63,229 nt of DNA, filler included, from Sphacelaria rigidula (GCA_964200075.2; 7 parts of 7 records of this genome joined end to end with filler, not necessarily neighbours in it); one strand, 5' to 3'. Positions 13,555-25,929 are shown, counted from the first letter of the whole stretch. Notes: generated from the sequence alone by a model not told the origin. Translations and numbers: made by a program.

Positions 13555-13830
13555 TCGCATGCCCATGCCTGAACAGGGAACAAGCTTCACATGACCTCTG
13601 AATCGGACGGCAAAAATCAAGATACCGCATGACTCCCCTGAACCGTGTACAAGTCTCACATGGCCATCTTTGAACCGGGCTGCAAAAGCAATCATCTTGC
13701 CTGACCATCTCCGGACCGAGCGCAAGTCTTACATGACCATCTATGAACCAGAACGCGAAAGTGAAAGATCTCAAATGACCAACCATCCTTGAACCGGTTC
13801 AGGGACATGGACTCGTGAAAGAAACACGCG
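13555..13830 (+). repeat. Degenerate array of TCACATGACCATC..TGAACCGG motifs, second copy
   Basis: About 7 motif copies, ending in a similar ACACGCGT..CCGG tail to the 10850-11180 array. Confidence 0.6.
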
Positions 13831-14326
13831 TAACGCCGGTCATGCCAAAAGCCTTGCTAGATATACATGTACAACACAATCGACCTCGCAAGTACACATG
13901 CTAATGCTGCGGAGACAATGCTCACATGCTTTACGAAAATATGCATGGACGCATCGACGGAGATCATTGCCACGACTGGCGCGGTGGACGACCGCACGTG
14001 GCTGGTCCACGTCAGGCTCAGCTAGCGCGGGCAAAATCTAGGCAGCGAGGGAAGGACCAAAGCTGAGCCGAAACCCGCCGGAAACACACATCCCTGGCTC
14101 GCTGTCCGTAGCCATGAACTTGCTAAATGATGCCTGCAATGTAGGCGGCTGACCCGAGGCTCATCAATTTACGCCGAACTAGGTCTGGCATGCGCGATTA
14201 AGGCGCCAAGACGATAGAGGAGGCTTTGAAGCATAAAAACATCTGTGAAATAGCACATGATGCACGTAGCTCAGATTAGGTGACACGACTAATGTAAAAG
14301 CGCGACGAACGATCTACATAGCTCAC

Positions 14327-15349
14327 CGCCTCGGGGTTGACGATCCACCGTCGAGGGCGTGGGGACTGTCCTCTTTAGCACCTCGGCGAACTGAAATCTG
14401 CCGCATTACCATCACATCGAACGGCCGAACTTTCCCAGTCAGTAACGCGTCGCGTTGCACCTCTCAACTTGAATTCAATGTACAAGTAAGTCTACGGGCC
14501 TTCCGACGCACGAGCGCACGGAGTCATGAAAACATTTTTTCAGGGTATCTTGTCCGAGATACATAGATCTGAAAAATATAAAGGACGGATCAGGAACCAA
14601 AAGGCCGACATATCCTGTCGAACTTGCGCTTGCCAACAGAAAGCTCAACACATTTTATTTGGCTCGAGGAACTGCTGCAACATCACGCCGTCGCCCATTC
14701 GACAGGATTTGTCACCTGTTGTTCCGTAGTATGCATTGCTCGATCTTTTGGAGTTGCTGCCACTTGATTGTGAGCTGGCTCTCCATTCCGCTCTCTGTGT
14801 TCATGAGCAGTGACCACTGCACCACCGTTCCTGTGTTCGGAGCTGCCTTCCTGATTCGGCGTCGGCACCTCCCGATGTTCCGGGCCTTGACGTGGCATGA
14901 ACCGGAGCATTCTAGAACCGGCGGTATCTTCTTCGCCGCTTTCCTTGTGGTCCGTTTGTCGAGAGACTCTCGAATCACTCACATCGCCGCTGTTCATTCC
15001 CGTCTGTGTGCCCGCAAGCGCAGACGGGGTATGGGAGGCTGGAAAGCACCTCGAAGCACCTGCATCTTGGGTGCATCTGCTTTTCTCCTGCCCACGGCTG
15101 CTGTCCGCATCGTTGTCGCTCAGCTCATCTTCCTCGTACAAGTACTCCACCGTTCCGGGAGGTTCTAGATTGACGTGTCCACTACCGCTCTCAGCACTCA
15201 TATTGCGGTGCTCGATTGAATGGGCCAAATTGCCTGCCGCTTCACAGTCGCTCTCGGCAACCCGACCACGTTGAATAACGCGCCTCCTCGTCAACATCCC
15301 GCTGCACTCATCTGGATCGTCGCTGAGCTCGTCTTCGGCATAACGCATT
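14327..15349 (-). pseudogene. Two exon-like segments (15349-14716 and 14568-14327): an acidic low-complexity region plus a possible degenerate TFIIS central-domain-like region
   Basis: A polypyrimidine tract and GCAG acceptor precede 15349. The 221-aa ORF has a YxEDELSD repeat. A TTTTTCAG acceptor precedes 14568 and a GTGAGC donor follows 14327. Peptides KIEQCIL and QRDALLTGKVRPFDVMVM are present, but exon B has stops in all frames. Confidence 0.35.
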
Positions 15350-15795
15350 CTGCACGTCGAGAAGAGTGAGAAGGGAAATCAACACGTCAACGTGGGGCTA
15401 CAGCCCTTTCAATTTAACGCGGCAGATTCCTTGCTTAGAGTTGGTGAACGTTTTTTCTGCATAGAGCAAGCAAGCCAACTCGAGCAAGTGACTGGTGGCA
15501 ATATTCACAGTTTGGTACGGAAGGGGTATGGCAATCCAGGAAGTTATTCCTCTCGAGGTCGAAACGTTCATACAGAGCTTAAAACGAAATCGACCAGGTG
15601 AGAATGCCTGTACTCCCCTTCGTTTGGAAGCTAGCTTGGCTCCATGGAGACGAGATGGTTCATGTCGGGTTCATACCACGAGCGTATTCCTCAAGACTTT
15701 GACGTCTTGGATGCGAGACACGCGTGGGTTTCAATATGTCATATCCGCAAAGCAGGAATGGATTCACCACAGTAAGGTGAAATAGCGGCAACATA

Positions 15796-16416
15796 CGAGC
15801 TGGGCGAGCTTAAAAGCGGCTAAAAGTTGCTCACACCACAGCTTTTTCAGTTTCCCGAATGAGCCCGATGAAAGCATTTCCCTGTGAACTGCAGACCCAC
15901 CCAATGACAAAGGACTGCGTCGCTGTTTGAGTGATGTCGTATTCCCGATGACGTTATTGTACTGCATAGAGTACAGGGTGCGCCTCATATCGTTGGGCAC
16001 TAGCGTGTCGGAGTGCTTTTTTTTCATTGAGGTGGGTTCACGTCAGCAATCACCCCGCAATGGGTTTTAGTGGGGTGCATCAGCGTCACGCAATACATTG
16101 CACGCACGGTCCAATTCGGCGACTCTTGAGCTGAAATTTCACGAAGACCTTCTGCACCCAAGGAAATGATACGTCCCGTCGGTAGCTGCAGATTCTCATT
16201 TTTTTCCTGGACTTACGACATTATCTTGTTTTTGCTGAAATTTCAAACCCCCATAACTTCCTGTTTTTTTTTCCCCCTTTTTTTCTTTGTTGCTCACGGG
16301 ATGTTCTTCATGTCGATCATAAAAAGCTACTGTCAAAATTTCAGCGTCCAACTCCTAATATCACGCCGTGCGTTGCCTGAGCGAGAAAACCGCCCACTGT
16401 TGGCTGGCCCAGCTCG
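15796..16416 (-). mobile_element. MITE (about 620 bp), same family as 11312-11918, inverted
   Basis: Ends TA|CGAGCTGGGCGAGC and GCTGGCCCAGCTCG|TA with an intact TA duplication. About 340 bp and 75 bp are reverse-complement homologous to the first copy. Confidence 0.8.
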
Positions 16417-17883
16417 TAGCACCGTGGGGGCTACAGCCAGGTATACAGAGAGGCAAACAGGAAAACAGTCTAGATGCCTACCGTTCACCAGGAAGTGCTC
16501 CGGTCCGAACTCTGAACAGCACAACCCACCCCCTTGGCAAAAGTACTCTGACAGGTGAGTGAGCTCACGGCCCGAAATTCTTGCCTCACAACTTTCCTAA
16601 CCCACAAGATCTGGATAGTTCACCAGCTCAGGTTTCGGAGGGGAAGACGACAAAATGATTTGGCCTCAAAATACCATTCTCCTACATCACGCGCACCAGT
16701 TCAGAGTCTCAACAAAAACGTAGCGAGAGATTTCTGCATCTGATGTCAGCACAGCGGCGTACGGAAAACAGATACCTTGGTAACCAGCAGTCAGTACTAA
16801 AGTGAGGTTCAACGCGGTTTTTGAGTCAAGCATTGACATGTACATCAAACTGGCGATGATCTTCGCCTTCGCTCGTTCCACATCCCCCCATTCACCCGTT
16901 CCAAAAGGTCGCCTAGCCTTTGTCTTCAACCTTTGGAGTCTGTTGAGATCTTTCTTGCAATCAGCCATCTTGGCGGGTGCTATGATATGCCCGGATAAGG
17001 TAAGGAGAGAGTATGGACTTCTGCACAAAACGCGCAACATCTACCAGCATCATTTAAATGTTCAAAATTTCAAAAGGATGTGAAGAAGACACAACTGGCC
17101 GGCACCACGTCGGCCATAATCACCGCTACCCACCATTGGATAATGATTTTTTGTCCGAAATTACCCCAATGCCCAGTAAATCACAGGGCTTCGGTAAGAA
17201 GGAAAATACGACCTAGAGTTAGTTCAGTGCAGTCATCATTTGTTCTCGATCTGAGGTTCGCTAACGGCTACTTGGTTCGTCCATTGACTGCATGGTATTC
17301 GTGTTGGTTTGAAGTACGTAGTTTGGAATGGAGTCAACTGACTACTTAGTTGCAGCATCGTACGACTTCACGTACTCGTTCATAGTGTGGAGTCAACAAG
17401 CTGCTTGGTTTCACTATTTCCCTCTCCCCCAGTCTCCCATGCCCGGCCTCGCCGATGTTCGGCTTCTTCAAAACGGGGGTTATGGCTCCGAGCGTGGAGT
17501 TGGTGGAGCCTCTTGCCCTGACCTGACAATCCATCACTTCGGAGCGGGTTTAAAGTCGCTTGGAGAGCCTCCTCGGCAGCGGTCGACTAGCTCATGGAAT
17601 GAGTATGCCTTTCGATCACGCTCACAGACAGTGACCACAAAGGTCTGCAACATATAAACACATTTTCAAAGTAGGCCTTTGACCGCGACCTTGCGCCTCG
17701 GCCTGAAATTCATCGACCCACAATCAAACCCCTCGAACTCCTACCGCCCAAAATCAGAACTACAAAATAATATCTGTCGATTTCACGTCTAAGGATGGGT
17801 CCTTGCACTTTAGCGGTCGAATTCTACGTGGTTGAAAATTGAGCTTTGCCCTTTGAACCCCCCCCCCCCCCCTGAACACCCCC

Positions 17884-17996
17884 AGTCGAAAGGAGGAAGA
17901 AGTAGATGGACAGAACTGCCTCTGTGGCAAGGGAATAGAGAGTAGAAGCCATATCGTGGCAGAGTGTGAACTATACAAGGAGGAACGGGACGTGCT
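17884..17996 (+). mobile_element. LINE ORF2 C-terminal CCHC zinc-finger fragment, cut by the contig end
   Basis: Translates SRKEEEVDGQNCLCGKGIESRSHIVAECELYKEERDVL (CxCG...E...H....C..Y...R pattern). Confidence 0.7.
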
Positions 17997-18961
17997 NNNN
18001 NNNNNNNNNNNNNNNNNNNNNNNNNNNNNNNNNNNNNNNNTTAATTAATTAANNNNNNNNNNNNNNNNNNNNNNNNNNNNNNNNNNNNNNNNNNNNCCAA
18101 TTCATACATCAACTGGCCATGGCAGGGCCTACAACTTCCCGCGACAATGCACCCGGCTCATGAGGCTTCCTATCAGGGTATACGCCTACATTTCAGTATC
18201 CTCACCTCGCGCGTTTCATCCAAGCCTAGGCGTGTGGACGTTTACACTCGTGAGCAGTGTGTGGGATGTGTATTCAGGCGAGAGCTGGTGAGAATTTTAT
18301 CTTTTAGTCCAATTGATGTATGAATTGGGGGGTAAGCGGATGAATTATTTTCGACATTTTTTGCTGCATCTTGGATCCCATCCGCTGATAACGGTGCAGT
18401 CAGTATGAGTTGCACAGCTGAGGCTGTTCGCAATGAGTTCTCTTTTTCCCCAATTACCGGATGAATTGGCGGGCAAAGTGAGGATTTATTTCGAGCTTCT
18501 TCTCCTGTTCCAATCCCAGATCTGTCAGTGTGCGTGAGATTTGTACAGCAGAAGAAGCCGTTCGAGATAAATCCTTTTTTTCCTCAATTAAATTAGGCAA
18601 AAAATAAATTCATCTCGAATGGCTCCTCGTGCTGTTCGAAAAGAATCCTAATTTTTCCTGATTGGAAATCTGCTCTTCGGAATAATTTGTTTTGCCCAAT
18701 TGGAAATCAGGCGACAAGAGGATATACTTCGAACAGCTTGTCCAAAATATAAACTTTTCAGATTTTATTATGAAATAATTTGGAATTTTCAAATTGGGAG
18801 TGCCTCTCCACCGGGTTGCTTGCAGGGTTTCGACAAAAACCCCGTACAAAATGCTGGTAGAGGTACTAGGATTTGCAAATGCAGTGCAAAGTTTCTCACC
18901 AAGACTGTGAAGAACCCTGTGCAGCACGTCCTACAGGGTGTTATCTATCCACATCTGACGG

Positions 18962-19160
18962 ACTGCTGAACCCCTCTCGCGATGAAAAAAAAAGCAAGCA
19001 CCGCAAAAAAATGGTGGGGTACTCGGAACAATATAAAAAAATAATGAAGCGCTGTGTTGGCCTCCCTCCTATGTGACACCACCTGATGCGCGCACATCTA
19101 CCGAAAGGTGTAGACTGACGTCCAGATTGATGGGATGACAACACACACACAACACACACT
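18962..19160 (+). mobile_element. 3' part of SINE family B with CA-repeat tail
   Basis: Reverse-complement homologous to 58780-58965 (GAACCCCTCTCGCGAT..TGTGTTGGCCT..GATGGGATGACAACAC). Confidence 0.7.
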
Positions 19161-20698
19161 TTCTCTGTTTTAAACACGGGTCCTTGTCATCTCAAGGAGT
19201 CGACCTGTCCGAACCTGGTTACCTACCGGCCCGTCTAGCTGCCGGTACCTACTCCGCACTTTGATCTCGGGCATCGGATCACGGGCACTCCCTCACTCAC
19301 GCAGCCCGCCGTCTTCTCTCGCCGGCGTTGCATCATTATAGTCATCTATGCCAACTCTCAAGATGGTGTTTTCGGGCGTTTTTTTATCCGTGCATCTGCT
19401 AACCGAGTTCCCGCATATCTCACACGGTCGGAGGAGAAGCATTCCCATACGGGGTACACGTTGTCTCCAGTACACCCATCACGTGGTTCCATACCCGTAG
19501 GTAAAATTACTTGTACCAAACCATACACAAGCAAGAGAATACGTACACGGAATAAACGTCTCTTATTGCCAAGAATGTCACCCATTATGAAATGTCAAAG
19601 AATCTGAATACTTTTATATTCGGGCATAATGTCGCTGATTGAGACTCTTTCAAGGCCACCCCAACCCCTCTCCACAAAAGAAGAGTGCCACCATGCACAT
19701 GGTGAAATATATCGTGCTAGCTTTTTCAACACACACACTCCCACAACAAATTAACGCCTCAAAGCTCGTGTGGAGCACAGCACTACATGCAGTGCGCACA
19801 TGACCCCACATTCCAGAACCCTGCGTGTACAGACTTGCACAAAAGTAGAGCAACTCGACCACGCAGCTGAAGCATGGCGCTGGTGCGGCGGCGCCGATCG
19901 ATGAATCCCTTGTACAGTAACCACAGCGTACTCGATTTGTGTTGAACGGAACATACATGTTCGGTACACATTAAAATCAGCAAGTTTCTTCATCTCTTGA
20001 TTATCTGTTTTGTCCCAGTCCACGTTATACATGGCAAAACAACTGTTATGGCCAGCGTGCATGACGCTAGCACAGCAACGCCTCTCCAACACAGTACAGT
20101 AGCCTAATCGTTGTGTTTGACCCTCAAAACAAAAATTATGTAGCATAAGAAAAAAAAAAACACACACACACAATCGAAGGGGAAAATAACTCGACCGCAC
20201 GCGGGGGTGTAAAGGAGACAAAAAGTCGAAACACCCATTAAGCGAGGCCGCAGCATTACAGGACAGAGCTAACTCTTGCCCCCTCTTTTCGCCGGCTGCG
20301 CAGCAACCCCGTCGGGCTTATTTTCTCATTTTCCTCCTGATACGGTAGCCGATTGTGCCGAAAACCACCAACGCGCCGGCCCAGCACCCGAGCCCAAGCG
20401 AGTGCGCAAACCTGCAGTCAAGTGACGTACGCGGCGTGACATACGGCCGAGTTCCGAAGGTGAGTAGGCGGGGGCCATACTGGTCGCACAGGGGGTCGTC
20501 CATCTTTCTTGTGGTCTGTCTCAGCAGTCTTCGTTCTATAATAAGGATCACTTCACCATCCCCATCCCTCCGACGGTGGAGAAAGATCTTGCAGCGTATT
20601 ATTGAGCACTGGACTAGCAGTCCTCGCAGCTCGTCGACTTTCACCGACTCGCCACAAAACCCACGTAGGATGAAAACGCTCTACAAAGACATACATTT

Positions 20699-21017
20699 GC
20701 CGCGCCCCGGTGGTGTAATGGTCCGAATGTCGCCACTAGGGTGAAGAGAACGACAGTTCCATTTCTGGTGCGTTGAGATTGTTCTTCGTAGTCACATATG
20801 TGATTTCCACCGAGGAAGCGTGAGAACGTGACTGATATATAAAGTAGTAGTTGACTAAGTTTGTTTGACGTGAGTTGACGCGGTGCGGGAGTGCTGGTCA
20901 TGATCCAATCCGCGAGACCAAGATGCAAGGCGTGTACCGGGGATGGATGGGTTGATCCCTCGAGACCATGGACTCGTCCCAGGGAAGAGTGGTTCAAAGT
21001 GGGACAAAAAAAAAAAG
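20699..21017 (+). mobile_element. tRNA-derived SINE, family A, full length
   Basis: GCCGCGCCCCGGTGGTGTAATGG head, body homologous to the other copies, poly(A) tail. Confidence 0.82.
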
Positions 21018-21477
21018 TATATATATATATGTATATATACATATATGTACAAGCCGTTCGGGACCGGGGATGCCGCCCCGATCCCGTCCGTATTCTTGGA
21101 GGGTCGCAGTATTCATGCCTTGCCAAGCTCTCGTGAGAAACGATTAATGCTCTTCGGTTACAATTCCATGTTGTATACGGAAGATGTAAGACGAGAAAGA
21201 GTACTGGATTGCGGGTGGAACGACGGGAAAAGTGCACGGGGAAACGATTGCGGCGCGACTGAGAAAAAGGGCGACGGTCGATATGTCGTAGCGTTCCCTC
21301 CGCTCGCACCGATGCCTTCGAGGTCACTGTGTTTGTTGACAGAGAAGACGGTGTTATATTAGTTGATGGAAGTGGGAAGGAATAATATCATGATGGGAAC
21401 AGAATTTGCGAGACGAGGAGAAGGACCGTGGGTATGAACGATGAGAGAAAGTGCGGAGATTGCAGTGGAAAACAAAA

Positions 21478-21770
21478 TCGACTCCCGGTGTAGCAAAACT
21501 GTGTTCGTATACGGCACCACCCGCAGGAGAAAAATACCCGACTCAGGACTCGAACTCGACTCCCGGTGTGAAGAAACAGTGTTCTACTCACGCACTACGA
21601 GCAAGACAAAGGTAGCCGACACAGGGTTCGATCCCAATCCGGAAACCTTGAACGTCTATTATGTCACTTTTCACCTACAGATACACCCACATACTCCTCG
21701 TGTGAAGGAACAGTGTTCTACTCACGCACCACGAGCAAAAATAAGTCGCTGACAGGATCTGAACTTCGAC
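21478..21770 (-). repeat. Tandem array of 3-4 degenerate tRNA-like (Val-like) units
   Basis: Minus-strand unit GCTCGTAGTGCGTGAGTAGAACACTGTTTCTTCACACCGGGAGTCGAGTTCGAGTCCTG has a B-box and a CAC anticodon-like loop. The first units are about 79 bp apart. Confidence 0.55.
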
Positions 21771-22578
21771 CAACTTCTTACGCGACTGAAATTTTCCCTT
21801 TCAGCTACAGAGTAGACGCGTATCTTTCTCGAACCGTAGCGCCAAATGTAACCTTCTATTGATGCTGAACTTGAGATATTCCATCACTATAATCCCAATA
21901 TATTCGTATACATTATGAGAAGCTCGTGTGCGGGCATTAGACACTCATTCCAGTATAAATCGCGTGGACGGGTATGAAAGATAGGTAAAAGTGAATACGA
22001 AAAATACACGAGTGTCGGGTGCGCGGGCAGCAGCTCTCCTCGCAAAGATGAGTAGGAATTTTCGCAGACGAGCTTAGTACATAATCCCGAGTATGTGCTG
22101 GCTCAGTGGACAAATTGTCAGACTTTGGTCACATTTTTCGCTTGTTCCGTCCACGATTTTGGGCAAACTCATAGTTTGCGTTCTGTTTTCCGCTTCAGGT
22201 ACACGCGGCTGTTCGACCTTGTTTTGTACTGTACCGTACGAAGAGCGACTTGGCCTCGGCAAGCAAGTACGGCGAGCATTTGTTCTGCACAGACGGCCTC
22301 CGCGGAAAACCTCGCCGTCTGGACGACTATCAGATAGGCATATACCCCGTAATATACCGGGGTGGTATAGCCTCCAACGTTCAAAACAAGAGGAGACGCT
22401 CATCACGATTGAAGATCACAGGAACAGTCTGTATGCCCGTCCTGACCGGATGTATACTACGACTGTTACTGTTTGTATTTGATCATCAGACCGCGAGGGT
22501 AGCCCATCTCGACTGTGCCTTGCACCGACAGTTATCTGCGTCGGAAGCTACCACTCCAGAATAAGACAACACAACGTC

Positions 22579-22890
22579 CGCATTCAGCGCCGTATTGCAC
22601 TAGACATCGTTCCACATTCCTTCTTGTGTGTGAGAAGCTGTCGGTGCAGCCACCGGTAATCAGCGCCGTATAATGTCTGTCCTTCATGTAGTTGTGCGCT
22701 GTCTGTACTCCAGCATAGATAACTTGCACCAAGCAATCATCTGTTTCGGAAGTGTTCACACCATAACTCGACGACACCACATCAGCATTCAGCTTCGAAG
22801 TGCACTAGACTTCGTTTCACGTTTTTTCTCTCGTGCGAGAAGTTGTCGGTGCGGCCACCAGTACCGTAACAGGCGCAGTATACGGTTCCA
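22579..22890. repeat. Imperfect direct repeat (about 100 bp, about 205-bp spacing)
   Basis: GCATTCAGC..TGCACTAGAC.TCGTT.CAC.TT..GAGAAG.TGTCGGTGC.GCCACC at about 22580 and 22785. Confidence 0.7.
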
Positions 22891-23373
22891 CGAGATTTGG
22901 CCTTTACTTTCAGTGTTGTGTGAGAAAACGTGTTCGTGCGGCGTCTCCCGCCCTGGAAATGAGGCCGGTCCGGTTGTTGGAGGTACAACATCTGGAACTC
23001 GAGGTTGCTGATATAATTGACTGTAACTTACTGTTCTGTTCAATGTACCGGAGATCTCGAGCTTGGGGTACCTCTAAAAACCACTGCGCGAGGATATCTA
23101 CGTAAACCCCGCCGGAAACATTGCAGGACCATCGTGATCTCGGGTCCGTGCGAACGTCGCGAACGCTAGTTTACCCCTACACAAAATGTAGCACGAATCC
23201 GCGCAATGGACCCCTAGCATTGGCGTTGGCCCGGACAGTCGTCTCCCGGGGCGGGTGCGGAGGAACTTGCTCACTAATTTCAGCGTAAATCTCGTGGACG
23301 CCTCCCTACAAATATGCTTCGCGTTCATGAAATCGAAATGTTCTATATATATATATATATATATATATACATA

Positions 23374-23742
23374 CAAGCCGCACGGGACCCGGGGCTGCGC
23401 CCCGGTTGCGTCCGTCTTCTTCGAGGGTCTCGGTATTCTTGCCTTGCCGAGCCCTCGTGAAAGTCCTCGTAAGAATATATCCTGTCTCGAAATAATGCTC
23501 ATGCCCGCCGGAAACATTGCAGGACCACCGCGGTCGCGCGTCCGTTCGAACGGTCGCGAACGCATGTGTACCCCCGCACAAAGTTATACACGAATCCGCT
23601 AAATGGACCCCTAGCATTAGTATTGACCCGAACAATCATCGACCGGAGCGGGTATCGAGGAACTTGCACAGTAAAATCAGCATTGAATCTCGTGGACGCG
23701 TCGTTATAAAGTATGCTCCACGCTCGTGAGTTCGAAATGTTC
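23374..23742 (-). mobile_element. Putative non-autonomous Helitron-like element, short version (about 370 bp)
   Basis: Minus-strand 3' end is hairpin CCGGGGC-GCA-GCCCCGG, then 11 nt, then CTTG|T. Flanked by (TA)n, no TIRs. Confidence 0.6.
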
Positions 23743-25676
23743 TATATATATATTCTATATATATATATGTATAAATATAGAATGCTCTGCTTTGTATCGC
23801 GCTTCCAAATTTCTCTTTTCCTTCTCCTTTGTTTGGCTACTTTATATGTAGAGAAAAATATAACTTGTTGAAAAGTGTTTTTTTTTACCATCCTCCGTCG
23901 TTTTTGCCCCGATAAGAGGGCTCAGCGGATGTTGACACATTGGAATGACTTGCTCTACTCGCCGAGACCGTTCCAGAGCACCTTTGCGTTTGCCGTAGGT
24001 CACAGTTTCGCTCTGGGCCAAAAACTCATTTTCAATAACAAACGGTCAAGTTAGCAAAAACAGGGGAGAAACTGCCACTTTTATAATAACTCAACCAAGA
24101 GTCTGTCAAAAACATATTTCGGGACACGTAGGCCCCAAGATCGAAAATTCGAGTTTTTGAGGGGTGAGGAGGGACACCTAGCCTGCTGTCCCCGAGTTGA
24201 ATACCGAGGCGTTGGCGGATGCGGTCCGCTGCCGTGTACAGAGATTATTGGCATGACCGCTGAGATGACGGGCACACCGCCCCTCTAAGCTCATCACATA
24301 CCATGATTACATTTATGGGGTCATATTCCATGTCGTGTGCCTCGACTATCTGGAGGTACCTCGGAGTCGGCTCCCGCTATCCTGGTTTGTCTTGTTTCAT
24401 TTCTTCAAGTGAGGGTGATGCCGATTCATCAGATGATGAGAGCCGTTGACCGCCAGGTCAGGTCCTCCTATGAATCGCGATCACTTTCAGACTGATGCCG
24501 AGATAGCCCCCCCACAAAAAGTGCACGGGAGACCGTCCGACAAACCGGCTGCGATCCCACTATTGGGCTCATTTGCAGCAATGCCGCCCACATGAAGGGC
24601 TTGTAGCAGTCCGAAATCAGCTATAACGCCCAAATAAGTCGCGTCGTGGAACATAAAACCAGCTCTAACGGCATCTATGATCATCGCCTCCGTGCACATT
24701 TTTGGCCGGTTTGAGGGGGGGGGGCTATCTGGGCAGCAGTCTTCACATGAAAAAATAGTACACAACTCAGAGCCAGCGAATAAACCAGGATACCGGGAGC
24801 CGAGTTTGAGATACCTCTTCTGCCGCTAGTAGTCCGCGCGAATCTGGCGAGGCGTGGGATAATGTTGCTACTTTGGCTACAGGCTATCGCTACCGTGCGC
24901 TTGTGTATTGTACATACATGTGTGTGAGCGTTGCTGGCATCCGAGGTCATCGGGACAGGGCGGGCAAGGAACAGAAGCAAATAATATACGAACCTCGCAA
25001 AGCCCGCCAGAATTTTTGGTTTTGTTAGTGTCTGTTCATCATTTTTTTTTCAAAAATTTCAACAAAAGTCACAAAAAAAAATAATTTTAAAAATCACGAC
25101 AATTTTCGAAAAATTGCCCTCCGGGAAGGGGGCCGGGGCGGGCCTCCGTGTCCGAAAAATTGATCTCGACAGACCCTTGACTTAACCGTTTGCTATTGAA
25201 AATGCAAGTTTGGTCAAAAACAAAGAAGAAGCATACAGGGGGAAACAGTTGATTCGTACTCTTGTACTCGTGCTGAAAATGCCATGTAATAAGGCAGCGT
25301 CCAGCACGCACATCCCTGTTGCATTGCATCGCCCTATGGTGTTTGCGCAGGCAAAAAGTATATTCACCGCCTACGGTGGAAACAAGAATCCACCCCCACC
25401 TGCTATTATGACCAATCCGGCGTCGTTTTTTTTAATTCGGGAGCCCCCCTTTTAATTTTATCTGCGACGGTTATACACGAGCAATTCAAGAGCCAAGTTT
25501 TCGAATTTGAGAGCGCCACTTGTACAAACCTGCCCGCGCATAGACGAGCACATGTGATGCTCAGCGGCATGCTGCTCAGCAGGCAGGGTATACTTGTAAC
25601 CTTGACCTTGTTTGGTTTTGAAAAACGTCAATCCTGAGGTGTCTCGAACTACGATGCGGACCTCTAAGCACGCACC

Positions 25677-25929
25677 CCTCTCACGCATTATACTTGCAAC
25701 GTTGCACTACTGTACTCTCTGTGCTTGCAGGGTACAGCCTGTACTCGGACATGCCGTAGTGCAAGGTTACAAGTACACCCTGTCCGCTGAGCATGTTCTC
25801 TGTGCGTGTAGCTGTGTTCATGTGAACTATGTACGTCCTGTTCACCTGCACTGTTCGAGTACAGGCTGTAGTACCCTGCAAGCACAGAGAGTACAGTAGT
25901 GCAACGTTGCAAGTATAATGCGTGAGAGG
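25677..25929. repeat. Long near-perfect inverted repeat (about 71-74 bp arms, about 108-bp loop)
   Basis: CCTCTCACGCATTATACTTGCAACGTTGCACTACTGTACTCTCTGTGCTTGCAGGGTAC is perfectly inverted at the right end, and pairing extends after a 3-nt bulge. Confidence 0.9.

Larger units (their letters stand above)
21050..23343 (-). mobile_element. Putative non-autonomous Helitron-like element, long version with about 2 kb of internal sequence
   Basis: 21050-21135 matches 23374-23460 (GC hairpin plus a CTTG end on the minus strand) and 23107-23343 matches 23503-23742. Both ends abut (TA)n and there are no TIRs. Confidence 0.5.

Noticed and set aside
13555..13830. CRISPR-like repeat-spacer array
   Set aside because: Repeats are degenerate, spacers are short and irregular, there are no cas genes and the context is eukaryotic.
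16687..17040. Minus-strand ORF MADCKKDLNRLQRLKTK as an exon
   Set aside because: No recognisable homology and no phase-consistent splice partners were found.
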